Source: Squalus acanthias (lineage: Eukaryota). From it: a DNA stretch of 64,000 nt. How positions within the stretch are numbered: position 1 is the first letter of the stretch; the number at the start of each line of letters is the position of its first letter. This document shows, piece after piece, positions 1 to 13,504 of this stretch. The notes below the pieces were generated by a model. It saw only the letters and a list, made by a program, of their open reading frames with translations, was not told the origin of the DNA and ran no database searches. The stretch lies in the NCBI GenBank assembly GCA_030390025.1, contig CM059432.1, forward strand, positions 103,602,001 to 103,666,000, given 5' to 3'. The position numbers and the translations under genes are program-made.

Positions 1-60
1 CTGAAAATTCTCACTAATATATTAATTCATATTAAACAAAAATTGCCTCTTCATACTTGC

Positions 61-967
61 CTCTCAAGCAAACTAATGTATTTCAGAGCAGAAATGTTTT
101 ATTAGCTTTTACCATTCCACATGCATTATTCTGCACCAGTGCTCCAGCTCATTCATTACAATTCTTCCCCATGGTCCTGCATTGCTAAGTCGCTTTGAAT
201 AGAAATGCACAACTTTTTAGGGCTTGATTGTTAACTTTATTTCCACCTAGTAATTATGTTCATTTGGCAAGTGTTTTTTTTCTTGCTGTGGGTGGGGGGT
301 TCTTTAAAATCAGCTTTACCTTCTACTAAATTCAGCTTTACCTTCTACTAAATTAATATAATCCTAAAATAAGCATCAGACCAGCAAATCTAGCAAGTTA
401 AAACGGGATGATCTTTTGCTGCAATCTGTATTAACATATCTCATGAAAGGCATGTAAATGGTGCAATTTAATTTAAACAACATGAATTGAAATTAAATTA
501 ACTGCCTTCATGTCAGCAAGCCTACTGAGACCACTAGTTGACTTTCCAGTGTAAAAGCACAAATCAATAACCCTTAGAGGCCTGTGAAAGTATTATGACT
601 GAGCTGAAGCTCTGTCAGTATAATGATGCACAGAGAAGCTATTTTACTACTCTGCCAATACTCTAGTTAACACTGATTATCTTTTATACTAACAAGGGGC
701 TTTAGCTGTAATACAGATTGCAATGTAAAATACACAACATTCTGGTGAAAGCTATCTCCCAAGCAAACTAATGTATTTCAAAGGAGAAATGTTTTTATTA
801 TTAGCTTTTACCATTCCAGATGCATTATTCTGTACCAGTGCCCCAGCTCATTCGTTACAATTTTTCCCCATGGTCCTGCATTGCTAAGTCACCTTGAATA
901 GAAATGCACAACCTTTTAGGTCTCGATTGCTAACTTTATTTCCAGCTAGTAATTGTGTCCATTTGGC
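61..967 (+). repeat. ~205-bp direct repeat pair (61-268 and 756-967)
   Basis: CAAGCAAACTAATGTATTTC...CATTTGGC occurs twice with scattered substitutions. Confidence 0.92.
310..353 (+). repeat. 22-bp perfect tandem duplication
   Basis: TCAGCTTTACCTTCTACTAAAT x2. Confidence 0.95.
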
Positions 968-1924
968 TCAGTGGAATAGCCTACAGCACTTCTCTTTATT
1001 ATTCAGATCTGGGATCTGTTCCACGCACAAGTTGTGTACTTGGGTAACTCTGTGCATCTCTTAAAGTGAACTAGACCAGGGCTTGGAAAACACATATAGT
1101 GTTACAATTGCATTCTGGGAAGATTTGCAAGGATTGCGCACTGAACGGATTGCTGTACTTGGCAAAGCCCCGACAACTGATGGATTGCACCCTCAATCCC
1201 ACTTTTTGGAAACAGACCAGTATGAATGGGAATGAAAATCAGAAAATCTTATCTCTCTCTCACTCACTTTTGCATACAGGGCTATTGTTTGAAAAACAAG
1301 CAAAATGTATCATTTCATTATTGCTTCATTTCTATGCCAGACTCATGTTCAATGGAAAATTGGATTTTTTTTAAAAAGGAAACAAGTAAATCTAGATCAG
1401 TTTCATAAAATGTGGAATCTATTTAAAAAAGACCACTTAATATTGCTTCAAGTCACTGCTAACCTAACAAATATTGTAAATGTAGATTATTTATAGCTAT
1501 CCTACTTAATAGCTTTTAACTTAGTTATGGTGCAGCTGTATTGTATTTACACTTTAAGAACAAAGTTTAATTTATAACTGAAAAATTACATTCAGAAAAA
1601 TGTCAGAGAAATTTTAGAAGTTGAGGAAGGAATTACAAGTGCATATGGTAATCTTCAAGGACTGATTCAAGTATAAAATCCATTAACCCTTTCAAAGACA
1701 CTATGGCCTGAAACTTACTAGGACCAATGTTATTGTATGAATGCTTAACACATCTGTATCAAATTCTGTTTTAATAAAGCCATCAGTCTGCTTATTTGAA
1801 ATGAGTTGATGCCTCTTAAGAAAGCGGAGAAAGCATTTTGAAACTAGCATACTAAGCATTTGTACCGTAACATCACTCAAGTAATTAACAGACTTATGCC
1901 AGAAATAGGCTAGGTCAAGTGAAA

Positions 1925-2078
1925 ATTTCAAAACAGAGATTGACAGGTTTTAGTTAGGCAATGGTATTAAGGGTTACGGAACCAAGACAGGTAGATGGAG
2001 TTAAGTTACAGATCAGCCATGATCTATTTGAATGGCAGAACAGGCTCAAGGGGCTGAATGATGTACCTATGTTCCTAA
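1925..2078 (+). mobile_element. CR1 LINE 3' fragment
   Basis: ..AAGGGTTACGGA..CAGATCAGCCATGATCTATTTGAATGGCAGAACAGGCTCAAGGGGCTGAATG matches the 3' ends of other CR1 copies in the window. Confidence 0.8.
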
Positions 2079-2424
2079 ATACAGATTTTTAAGCACAGCA
2101 ACAAATGTGGATTATCAAAAATTAACAAAATTGATCATCTAGAGCAGCTTTTACAAGCAAGATGTTATTAGCAGGCTTAAAATACATGTTATAATATATC
2201 AAGGAGTGTTGTCATTCCTGAAAAAAAGGTGTTACTTTTTCAGTAAAACTCTCTACCTGCCAGATGATGGTGTTATCTCAAAAACTCAGTGTCATGCAAT
2301 GAAAATTTGACAGCAGCTTGAAATGGACAATTGCTGCATACAAAATCAATTTTTCTCAAGACTGTCAGTACATTAGAACAGACAGGCACCCTCCCCATCC
2401 CCTCCACCATATCCTCTCTAAATC

Positions 2425-2795
2425 CCACTGTGGCAAGTTGTGAAATTGATTCAATAAATCTGGAAATCCGTGGGCTAGCTACTGAAAAAAAATGACCACG
2501 AAAGCTGCCAGATTGTCAAGACGACCCAACTGGTTCACTAATGTCCTTCAGGAAAGGGAACCTGCCACTTCTGCCTGGTCTGGCTTACACATGACTAGTC
2601 CACACTACATGGTTGACTCTTTGACGTTGCCTCGCAAGCTACTCACAACAGGGAAAAAAATTCCCTTATTAAGACCATCACGGGAGCACTCTCATCACAA
2701 GGACTGCAACGGTTTTAGAAAACCACTGCCACATTCTCACAGGAACTAGGGATGGGCATAAATGTGGTTTTGCCAACATCCCAATAACAAATTTT
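2425..2795 (+). mobile_element. tRNA-derived SINE family B, 5'-truncated
   Basis: Shares CCAACTGGTTCACTAATGTCCTT and the GGGATGGGCATAAATG..CATCCC tail with the copies at 12058-12396 and 25607-26050. Confidence 0.7.
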
Positions 2796-3302
2796 AAAAA
2801 ACACAAAACTAAACAAAACAGAATCTAAAGTACCAAAGAAAAACACCCCATCAAAATATTTAAAATGTGTACATATATAATAAATATAATTGTTTTAATT
2901 GTTGGAGTGTGCTCAAACTGGCACAATACAGTCATACAACATACACAGGAGCATTACATCTCTGCAAATAAGGATATGTATTTGTTCACTCAAATGCAGT
3001 CTGTCACTCCATTGTAACGTTGGCCTAATGTCATAGAACCATCCCCTTCCTGCCAGATAGCACAGGGCCAGAGAAAAACATTCAATGGCCATAATGACAC
3101 TGTAGAAAAACTTCTGAAATGTAAAGAAATTACCATAGCCCTATCTCCTGAGGCTCCACCATTGGCGTAGATCCTCACCGTCAGTGTGTGACGCTTGTAA
3201 AATCACAGCAGGCTGGATTTTGCCACCAGCACTTTTGGTGAGAGGACACTGCACTACTGGTAAACACAAGCCTAGTTTTCATTGAATAATTATAGAGAAA
3301 TA

Positions 3303-3400
3303 TAAACAGAAAATACTGGAAATACACAGCAGGTATGAGGTATTCAACATTTATGAATAGAAAAGATAGTTTAGAACATTTGGGTGTGTAGCCTTCACCA
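3303..3400 (-). mobile_element. Penelope-like element terminal remnant
   Basis: AAACAGAAAATACTGGAAATACACAGCAGGT resembles the end motif of shark Penelope-like repeats (recall). Confidence 0.4.
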
Positions 3401-3758
3401 GGTATGTAATTATTTGGATAAAGGACCTACACCAAATTTCATATTTGCCCCAGGTCTACCCCGGGTTCACCTCATCTTTATAAAGTGGTTGCATCATTTA
3501 TCCGCAGGCCTTAACAGCTTTAGCTGTCTTCACAGAGATAGGTAATTATTTGCATAATAGAGCTTGAAAAATGTATTTTTCTGACTTAACATTGTTGCAT
3601 TTTGTACTTCACAGTTACTAGTACCTTTTGGCATTTTTGCAACAACTTTGCTTTGCATCTAAGACTTTCCTGCAATTGTTTTCATTGTTAGCAATTTGCA
3701 AACACTAGCAAAGTACTAGGAATGGTACTGTTTCTTAGTATTCCCATTACATTCAATG

Positions 3759-4010
3759 GCCCAGATTTTAACTCCAGGTGGATTCCCCGCTCAGGACGGA
3801 GTTAAAATTACAGTTGGATGTCAATGATGTCATCGGGCCGCAACATGCAAATGTTGGCTCTGGCCGCGTGTCCTTGCTGCCTCCTCAGGAGAGCAGGTTA
3901 AAATGGCAGATGTTGCGATCATGGCGGCTTTTGGACAGGCAAGAGCCAGGGCAATTTTAACAGCCCACCCGTCAGGTTTCTGCTGAATGAGTAGGGTTAA
4001 AATCGCCCCC
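3759..4010. mobile_element. GC-rich palindromic MITE-like element with terminal hairpins
   Basis: ATTTTAACTCC (3765-3775) pairs with GGAGTTAAAAT (3798-3808); GGGCAATTTTAAC (3949-3961) pairs with GTTAAAATCGCCC (3996-4008). AAT lies on both flanks. Confidence 0.65.
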
Positions 4011-4954
4011 AATGATTTAGAGTGGGTGGACAATTTCATGAGAATGCATCACATGCAGATCTCAAGACATAGGTGTTCACTCGTCAATACCCACAAACCT
4101 ATATTTAGTAAATCCCCAACAATTGTATCTGGACATGTTGAATAAGACCTATCTTCACTGCCCCCATCTCTTTAAAGAGGTTCTGACAAAGCTGCACCAT
4201 TTGCTTCAGACTGACCCACAGACACCTTCAAGACTGGGATTACTCTTCCCATAGAAGGTTTCAACTGCATTAAATTTTTATGCTCCAAGATGTTTCCAGA
4301 CAACTGCAGGGGGCATTTACCAACTCAGCCATTGACAGATGCCATGTTTGCTGAGACAGTATCTTCAGAACTTTCTCTAAGGAAAGAAAGAAGCAACTGG
4401 GGAGAGCTTGGTATTTCATTAATATGGCAAGCTTGCCAAGAATCCATTAGAGATTGCATGCACATGACCACTCCACATCCATCCTTGTGAAAGGACACTG
4501 CAATACGCATAAATGCTTTTGGTGGCAATACTGGCTGAGGCCACAATTTTGAATACTTTGGTGTTTCAGTGTAAGCTATCCGTATACCGCACAATAAATG
4601 TGCCCTATACTTTAGTGCAATAAAAGTGTTGGAGAAAGAAGAAAAGGTTATCTCCATGCTTTTCATGTTATCTTCCTCTGAAGTGCAGCAGCTCACTATA
4701 TACATTTATGCGATACCAAATAGTAATAATGTCACAAAATTGGGGTCATTTAACTTGCACCCCCCGCCGCCCCGATACTAGCAAACTTCTTCCTCATTTG
4801 CACCCAGGGCCTATAGGTTCTTCAGTTCACAAACTCAAATGGTTTGTAGTCATCCAACCCTCAAGAGAAGTATACATGGTAGTTGTCACTCTCACTCAAT
4901 TAATTCTGTTTTTAGAATTCCAATTCATCCAAAACTCAGTTGCTTGTATCTTGG

Positions 4955-5150
4955 CCCACTTGTCAATCACCTGTCCTCACTGATCTGCACTGGCTCCGCG
5001 CCCCCCAGCGCACTGAATTTAAAATTCTTGTCCTCAACTTCAATAGCCTTCATGTCCTCACACCATTACTTCTGCAACCTTCTCCAGCCTTATATTCCCT
5101 TCTGCACCATTCAGCCATCCAACTCCCACCTTTTCTTAATCCTCCCATTT
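4955..5150 (+). mobile_element. L2 LINE ORF2 3' fragment
   Basis: Translates VLTDLHWLRAPQRTEFKILVL, the L2 'LHWLP..RI.FK' motif. Confidence 0.7.
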
Positions 5151-5571
5151 ACTACAATGTTAGAATGGCTTACAGTAATATTCATTTATTTCAAATTGCA
5201 CGTATACAGTTGTGCTTCCTAGAAATATCTATGTTGGCTTGTTTAATTGGATTGAAAAGTTATCCTCAGTCTGGTAGAATTTTCGCTGATGTAAGAGGGA
5301 GAAGTCAAAAGTCTAAACAAAAGTGTCCATAGAATAACATTAAAGATAGTATCAGTAGTTTGATTATATTACAGGTTAGAAAAGTCTAAACTTAAAATAC
5401 ATTTTTGTATTTAATTTATATCCAGGGAAAATGGTTCAAACTGAGACACATGAACTCCACGAGCTGCCATCGCCTCTTTTTAATCAAATGGTGCTGCCTT
5501 GCTCAAGAAAATCAACGGTTCTCAAAAGACGGCTTTGCTCATTTGGTAGCCTCTCCAAGTCAGAGCTGTGG

Positions 5572-5935
5572 GGTCAGGTCAACACTCCAGTGAAGAATTG
5601 AGGGAGTGCTGCATTGTAGGAGACGCCAACCTTCAAATGAGATGTTAAACTGAAGTCCTGTCGGCCTGTTTCAGAGCTTTAGTTGGATGTTAAAGATCCC
5701 ACTGCACAATTCGAGAAAGAGCAGGAAGTTCTCCTAGTGTCCCGGCCAATATTGCTATCTTAAAGAACACAACCAAAAACCTATCAACTGGTCATTTGTC
5801 TCATTGGTATTTGTGGCATTTTTACTGTGCACAAAATGGCCTACATAACCATAACTTCAAAATAATTGTATTTGAAGCACTTCAAGATGTTTCTGGGTGA
5901 CATATTAATGTGCTAAATAAATGTAAGTCTTTTCC
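5572..5935 (+). mobile_element. DeuSINE (SacSINE1-like), degraded
   Basis: GAGTGCTGCATTGTAGGAG..GATGTTAAAGATCCC Deu-like core plus L2-like tail. Confidence 0.7.
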
Positions 5936-7409
5936 CCCCCCACTTTCTCAATGTAAAAGTGTCTAAAGTTTTTTTTTAATTAGGCGGACTCACATTAAAA
6001 GCAACTAAGCTTCTTTACTATATCAAACAAAGGCTATTGCGACAGGCATCCTGAGGTGACAGGTTATTTAAACAAATTGGAATTTAAAAAAATTATCTAC
6101 TGGATGCGACCACACCAATATAAATATTTTGAAACTATAATATTCCCTGCATCAGCAAGTAAAATAAATACTGACATTACATTGTACAATACCATATCTG
6201 GCCTAATAATATGGTATAATATGGCAGAAGACTTCTAGCGATTATTGCATGCCATAAAGAAAATGAAGAACAGTCAAAGAATACCGAAAATGAGAAGAAA
6301 TAGCTATATTCCAACATAAGAGTAGCACATTCTAGCGTGCATTCCCAAGGCAATAACATATTTCAGGATTGAGATGACATTGATAAGCAACTCAAGCTTT
6401 GTTCTCAATTGATGCCATCACTTCAGCTCCTCGATGCATTGCTAGAGTACGTCACAAAGTCAAATGTTGGATTATCCCACATAAGCAGTTGCTTGGAGAA
6501 ATTATAGTGATATGTCCACTGATATTACATCACAGAGACAAATATCACAAAACAGTTTCAAACTGATTTGCTTTGACTACAAAAACTATTTTTTTTAAAC
6601 TCATTAGAATGGACTGCTTTTAGCTGAAAGCCCTCTACAAGCTTGTTAATTGAGCATGAGTACTTTATTCACAGGTTGATCAGACAACCTTATGCAAAAT
6701 TTATCACACTACTAGCCTCTGGTATTTAAGAGATTTAAGAGGGAGCCACCCATTTTGTAGTTTTGGAGCTTTCAAGGTGAACTATTGTCCCTCAACCATA
6801 ACACATTCACAGTCACATCTGTATCTTTCTGATTAATTTCTCAATTATTACCCTTAAATGTAGTCAATGCTTATAATGATACACTAGATAATCTCCCGAT
6901 CATCTCTCGTGACATTGCTCGTAAGTTATATGGCGCCTAAAGCATGGAGATTAGTCAATGACTCAGGGAGAGCTTAAAGGTAGCAACGCAACAGCAAAGA
7001 ATTATTGCCGGTTTCTCATCTTTGCCATGGCACTAGTGGAAGGTCAGGACATTCGCACACCACTGCTGTATCACCACTCCATTTCCTGGTCAGGCTCTCG
7101 TCAAGTGCCATTGTTAGTCTGAGTTTCAATGGCAGTGTCTCATGGGTACATGTGGAGGTAACTGCCATAGCCATTTTTGGTTTTGCAATCCAACTGGACC
7201 AGCAGCACTGAAATAGGAACTATACATTTATAAATACACTATATTTATTATAGAGATAGATTCTGAAAACAATGTGGATACCATAGAAGAAAAATTAATT
7301 AGAAAACAATTTGGTTTTGGTGGGGGAAATTAATCTGTGCAAGTTATTTTAATGTAACATTCAATGCCCAAGAAAAATAATTATACTTGTATTCATGATC
7401 ATGAAGGAT

Positions 7410-7975
7410 ACTTGCAATTATATACCACTTTTAATGTGGTAAGCATCCCAAGGTGCTTTGCAGAGATGAAACAAATGGGGAGAAGTCAAAGAGGAGTTGG
7501 GAGCTGTCTAAAGTCATTGTCAAACAAAGACGTTATGAAGAGGCTTTTAAAGATGGGGAGGGAGGTAGAAAGGCAGACAGATTTGGGAGAGAGTTCCAGG
7601 CAGTAAAGCTGAGGCAGTTGAAGTTCTGCCACTGATGGTGAAGCGGAGAGAGGGGATAGGGGAGATACATGGATCAGTGTCAGAAATTCAGAGAGGTCAG
7701 AATGAGACATAGGGCCAGAGGAGGTTGCAGAGGTAGGGACAAGACAATGGAGGGATTTTAAAGAAAGACCAGGTGCTTGAATTCAACGCATTGGGGATTA
7801 GGAAACAGTGGCGGTCAGCAAGGATGGACGATAGGCGAATGGGATGCAGACAGCAAAATTTGGGATGAGTTGGAGCCGATAAAGGATGGAATTTGGAAAG
7901 TTGACAAGAGCGCTGGAGAAATCGAGTCTGGCAGTCACAAGAGCATGGATAGCAGTTTAAGCAGCAATGGAAGCG
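7410..7975 (-). mobile_element. L2 LINE 3' fragment, degraded
   Basis: CTTGCAATTATATACCAC..CATCCCAAGGTGCTTT tail followed by a purine-rich body like 50695-52270. Confidence 0.65.
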
Positions 7976-9399
7976 GAGTTAAGGACAGAGACAGAAGTGA
8001 AATTAACTAACCTTTGCATTTTAAAACTTAGAACAGTGTCTTGCAATAAGATGCACAACTCCAATTGTAAACCACAGTTTAAAAAAAGTTAGCAACGTAG
8101 TATGCCGCATCATCAGTTTGAAGAAACTCCTCCCCCCAACTAGACATTTCTAGTTTGTATTGTATTTACATAGCAACACCCAGCCAAAGAAAATATGCCA
8201 CATCAGCAAATTTATGCTGCTAAACTACACAAAACCCAACTGGAGATTACACAGCTGCGATAGAGGTTTCAGTAACTAAGTTATAGTTATAAGTTTACAC
8301 TAAAATATACACCAAATGTACGTCTGACTTCTTGAACATTGTGTGTTAGCTGATGAGCCATCAACATAACCTTCAGTTTTAAAGGGTGTATGCTCAGCTT
8401 ACTTTCAAGTGTTGGCCTCAGTTTTTCTTAGACATCCCCACTCAGTACATTGTGGGAGTGACCCAGCAACATTAAAGTGGTACCAGGTACTGAATAAATT
8501 AGTTTATTCTGGGAGCTCTTTTTTTTTCAGTGCCTGGTGACCCGATCACTCACTACAGTAAAATTAAAACAATAACTCACGACAACAAATGATCATAACA
8601 ATGGTCTGCACTGTGATAATAATCCAGAATGATTTTCAAACTCTATCAACAACCAGAGAATTCACACCAGTGAATCATCAGATAGACTTCAACTCACCTC
8701 CCACCTGGAAGGCGTGTGAGGTAATAGATCTTTCACTAGAAAACAGATAGCAAGCCACATAGATTTTGAATACAGAGCAATTTTTGGTTAGAACACAGCT
8801 GCAATATACACCCAAACATTTCATCTTAAAAGTTAGAAAGGTGTGTAAAATATTCAGGCTGTACAGAATAGTCCTTAAAATGTCATCTAATGCAATTAAA
8901 ACATGACTGCAATTGTTTGAAAAACAGTAACTATTTGTATACCCACATATGATCTATATATTAATTATACATATATAGAGAGAGAAACCATATCCCAGCA
9001 AGAGACAAGGCCTTCAGGAGTAGGAAAAAGGGAGAGATGAGATGAGAAGAAAAAAAGACACAAGGGGAAGGGAAGAGAAACGACAAAAAAGAAAGAGAGA
9101 GGGAAGAAACTGCGGAAAGAGGGAACTGAGCAATTGTAGGAGAGTGCAGAACAGCTTACTTGGTTACAATTCTGTCACTTCCTTTTCAATAATAGTATTT
9201 TCAAAGTTTAAACAGTACTCTCTTCAATTAGAACTTTTTTTTTTTTACACAGAGCATTGTGACGCTGTCAAATCCATTACCAGAGTTAGAGACTGAAGTG
9301 GAAGTGCGGCAGAAACCCGTACAAAAGGGCTTTCTGCCAAACCTCCGGCGAAGTTATGGCAGCAGAACATGAGCAACTCGGAGGAAATTCCTGGCCCAT

Positions 9400-9550
9400 G
9401 TCAACATGTAGATAGGTGGTTGAGGGAAATGGGAAGAAAGAGAATAAGTAAACAGAGTGGGCACATGGGATTAAGACTACTGGTCATGTAAAGAATAAAA
9501 ACCAACACAGACTGTTTGAGCCTAGCACCCTGTTTCCATATTGTAATTTT
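9400..9550 (+). mobile_element. Old CR1-type LINE 3' end
   Basis: ..AGAATAAAAACCAACACAGACTGTTTGAGCC..CCTGTTTCCATATTGT is similar to 16120-16380. Confidence 0.5.
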
Positions 9551-12057
9551 TATGTCATTCATTTTACAAGGGATGTAAGCTAAAGATCCTGACACTGTTC
9601 CTTTAACAAATTCTGAAACTAAAGTCCAGTTACATTGCAAATTTGGCATTTGTACTGTGAGATACTTGCACTATACAATACAAACACGCAGTATCACTGA
9701 TGATTTATGAGCAGTCTGGCATCAGATGAAAAAAGCACCTAGAAGAGGTAGTCTTGCACTTGTAGTATTGTGCATCAGCTGTGGTGTGATTTTCTAAAAA
9801 CTTGGGAGTCTGCTGAAGCACCTTTAAATTTCTAATAGTAGAAAAGGCCCAATTATCCTACCAGCTCTTTTCCAACTTTGGAAATTTGATGAGCTCGTGT
9901 CAGCGTGTTCAAATACTCTGGCTTCCTCCAATTCAAGGGCAATGCATGCAGCATAACAACAGCTGGCCTCTTGCACCACCCTCAATAAATGTTCCAAATT
10001 TTACGGTAAAACTGGGGCATTAGTGAATTTGGTGGGGTGGAGGAATGGGTGGCAGAGGAGTAACACAGCGGTTGTTTTTTTCCATTTCATCTAGATATCA
10101 ATGGTGTCATTAACAGCTGTACAGTTCAAAAACAAACAGCTGTGTTCATAACACACCTGGCCCAGCTTAATTACATGAATTAATCCAGAGAATCCTCAAA
10201 GGGCACCTCAGAGTTGCTCGTCAATGTTCAATCATCTCCACTTGTTTGGTTGCCACTTCCCAACAGTTAATTTTTAATTTATTAGCGATGTTGCGTCATA
10301 ATCCTAACGTGGTGCAGGACCCTTCTTTGTCACATTATTTCCCTTATTCAGTGTTGGCACAGGCACTATCCAGATTCCTCAAAATTAAATGCAGGTGTTC
10401 TATCATGTGCAGAAAACAGGGGTAATCTTCAAGTACAGTCTGATAATGGCATTCAAATACACATACTGTGAAAAATATTGGCTTTCAATATTAAGTCAGT
10501 AGAATTTTTAAATGGCATTTGAAAACAAAGGGAATTAAAACATTCTTTCCATGAAGCCTACTCTTATACTAACACACAGCAAACAAGGTCTATATTCTTT
10601 CTTCTAACTGGTTGCAGTCCGAGCCAGGTGTGCCTCATTTTCTCACACCCCAAGTCATTTTCAAAGTCACTAATGAGTTATTCACTAATGGCCCAGCATA
10701 ACAGCTTTAAGATCAACCAAATAAAATCTCTTGGGATATATCCAATTACCTGTATAGTATTCCATACAATTACACCATATATGAAATGTGTGCACACGCA
10801 TTGGTTTCATAGCCAACTTAGCATCTAATAGATATTTAAAATTGTCATAGCTATGTGCAAGACAGATATCTGAGCTTAAATTTATTTTTGGATCTTAAAT
10901 CCTCATTCTGTATGTCAAGTTACTCAATGGGAATTCTATCAAAACATGCTAACATTACAGGCTGTGAAGTAAATCATTGCAGAACTCTACAAGTTACTAT
11001 CATGAGCAGGAACCATTCAGCTCTGTAAATGATTTCCTTCTTATCCAGCTCATTTAGTGCAGCCAAGTACTTGTGAATTCAGATAAATTTAGAGATGCCG
11101 TGACCATTGAAACACTGCAGGACAATTGTCACACGTTTTAATTACTTGTTGCATTTTATTTATTCCAGTTACACAATTTTCACTTTTAATTGCCTCTTTC
11201 AAGGATGGTCAAATGGAAGGATTTTTTAAAAAAAATAATAAATGAGACTCACGATCCTTTGATTTTCATTGGGATCCAAGAAATCACATGCACAAAATGC
11301 CCATGACATAATCAACTAATCACCAACTAGCTACAATTATGTGCTTATTGCTTTCACATGCCCTTAAAAACCCTTAAATCAATGGTGGTAACAGCATGTT
11401 AACTCCCAAAGCTTAGCTTGCCAACTGAACTAGTAAGTGACCAGCTACTCGAGAGTTGAGTCAGGATTTCACCCTATTTCAGGCTAGTGCATCACAAGCT
11501 TTCCTTAGATAGGCAGCTCAGCTAACTTATTTTCATCCTTCCCGACTCCAGAGTAGCGATGCCAATGAACTATGCTTCAGAGAGGCCTATAGCCCGAGAA
11601 TGTTATGTCATGCCATGGAAACTGCTTTGTTCCAGCTTCCAGCAAGATCTGCCCTGATACATCAAGCACATTGTGTGTAATTACACAACCAAATATATAA
11701 ATGGGTCCCAGCATATGTTTTTATTTAGTTAGCAGCTACGCTAAAGCATTAACTTAGTATAAATATACCCTCATAACTCATGAAAATATTTGTTTAAAAA
11801 AAAAAATCCACCAGTCCTGAAAACTCCAGGTGAGATGGATGGTATGACAGGTTTTTCCAAAATTACTTCCATTAAAATCATTGTTACCATTTTTAGGCTA
11901 ATCTGGTTACAAAATGCACCAATCTGTGCACAAAGAGATCTGTCCTCAAGTCACATCATCAGAAAATAATATATGTCTATGCACTTCCATTTACACGGCA
12001 TTTCAGATAGGAGAAATGGGATTATGAAAATTGAATGTTTAGGCACCGATTGGGTAG

Positions 12058-12396
12058 TCATTCACGGGATGTGGGCGTGAAGGTGGTGTTGAGTTTTTCT
12101 TGACACCAGAGTGGCTTGCTAGGCCTTTTCAGAGAGCAGTTAAGAGTCAACCACATTGCTGTGGGTCTGGAGTCACATATAGGCCAGACCGGGTAAGGAC
12201 AGCAGATTTCCTTCCCTGAAGGACATTAGTGAACCAGATGAGTTTTTACGACAATTCAGTAGTTTCATGGTCACCATTACTGATACTAGCTTTTTATTCC
12301 AGATTTATTTAATGATTTGAATTCCCCAGCTGCTGTGGTGGGTTTTGAACTCCTGATCATTAGTCCAGTAATATAACCACTATGCTACCGTACCCC
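12058..12396 (-). mobile_element. tRNA-derived SINE family B
   Basis: Reverse complement begins GGGGTACGGTAGCATAGTGGTTAT (tRNA-like head) and is collinear with 25607-26050. Confidence 0.8.
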
Positions 12397-13284
12397 TTAA
12401 ACAGCTGCACCATGACAATTTCCAGGAAAATGAACAGATTACAGACTTCAATCCTTTCATTTCCATGTAAATAAGGCTTGCAATTTTACAATGAAACCTA
12501 AAATTTGATAAACCTTTTCAACCTTTAGCTATCATATATCGCCCAACCTCTTTTTAAATCTTCACTGGAATAATGCCCATCCATGTGCTCCATCTTGAAT
12601 TTTTTAAGCAAAATGTTTGTACCTTCTATTATTAAAGCTGTAAAACAAGCAGTTTTCAGAAGCACAACTGTGTTAAATGTAAATACGCTAACATTAAAAG
12701 CAGCATACATTATTCCCAACCTGATAGAAATAAAAATGCCTAAAATAGAATCCATTTAATTTGCCACTCAAGGTACCAAGAAACAGGTAAATTAATTGAA
12801 ATGATCCTTGCCAAAATCTACATTTAAAAGAAAGAGGAATGGACAATTAAAGTATTCATATAGTAATGCTTGCTTGAAAATAACTAATATACTGGGATTT
12901 AACAGCTTGGAGTATAATTCTTAAGGAAATCCTCTGATCACAGGACTCCTTTATCCATATGAGAGGTTCTTTGGTATTACTATTTTTAATAAGATTTGTT
13001 AATGCTAAACTCATTTATAAACGCACCAGACTCTGACTGGAATAGTTTCTAACTTGGTCAAATTTGCTTTAAATCAACAGTGAGTCTTAATTAGGCATTG
13101 TTAGGACCACTATCAAACAATTTGCCATTCTTTTAGTGCAGCTACTCAGGGTTGGGGATTTTGTAGGTGAGTGGCCTGCAGCTGCACATTTCCCTCCCAA
13201 CCCCAGCAGCCTCACCTCTCTTTTAATTGATGAATAAGGAGACATTGGGTTGCCCCAGTGCCATCAACCCAAATAAAAATAACT

Positions 13285-13482
13285 TAACAAAAGTGTCCCC
13301 CTTTTTTTTTTAAAGAGGGGCACAAACAATAAACACCCTAATTATACAACAAGGAAAACTTAACAAATTAAATCATACTATCCATATGTACTCCAGTCCC
13401 TTCGTTCCCCCACGGTCATGGAAGCCCTCAAGCGTACCGGCAGACACCATGTGCTCCTTCTCCAGGGCCACACAGCCTCAGC
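13285..13482 (-). mobile_element. Tx1/L1-clade LINE 3' fragment
   Basis: Minus strand translates ..VALEKEHMVSAGTLEGFHDRG.., resembling a Tx1-type ORF2 C-terminus, followed by an A-rich 3' end. Confidence 0.55.
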
Positions 13483-13504
13483 TCTCAAGCAGCATGTGCT
13501 CCAG

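Noticed and set aside
61-967. Direct repeats as the LTRs of a small retroelement
   Set aside because: No TG..CA termini, primer-binding site, polypurine tract or TSD seen.
4325-4705. 126-aa ORF, possible decayed element
   Set aside because: I could not identify a convincing motif.
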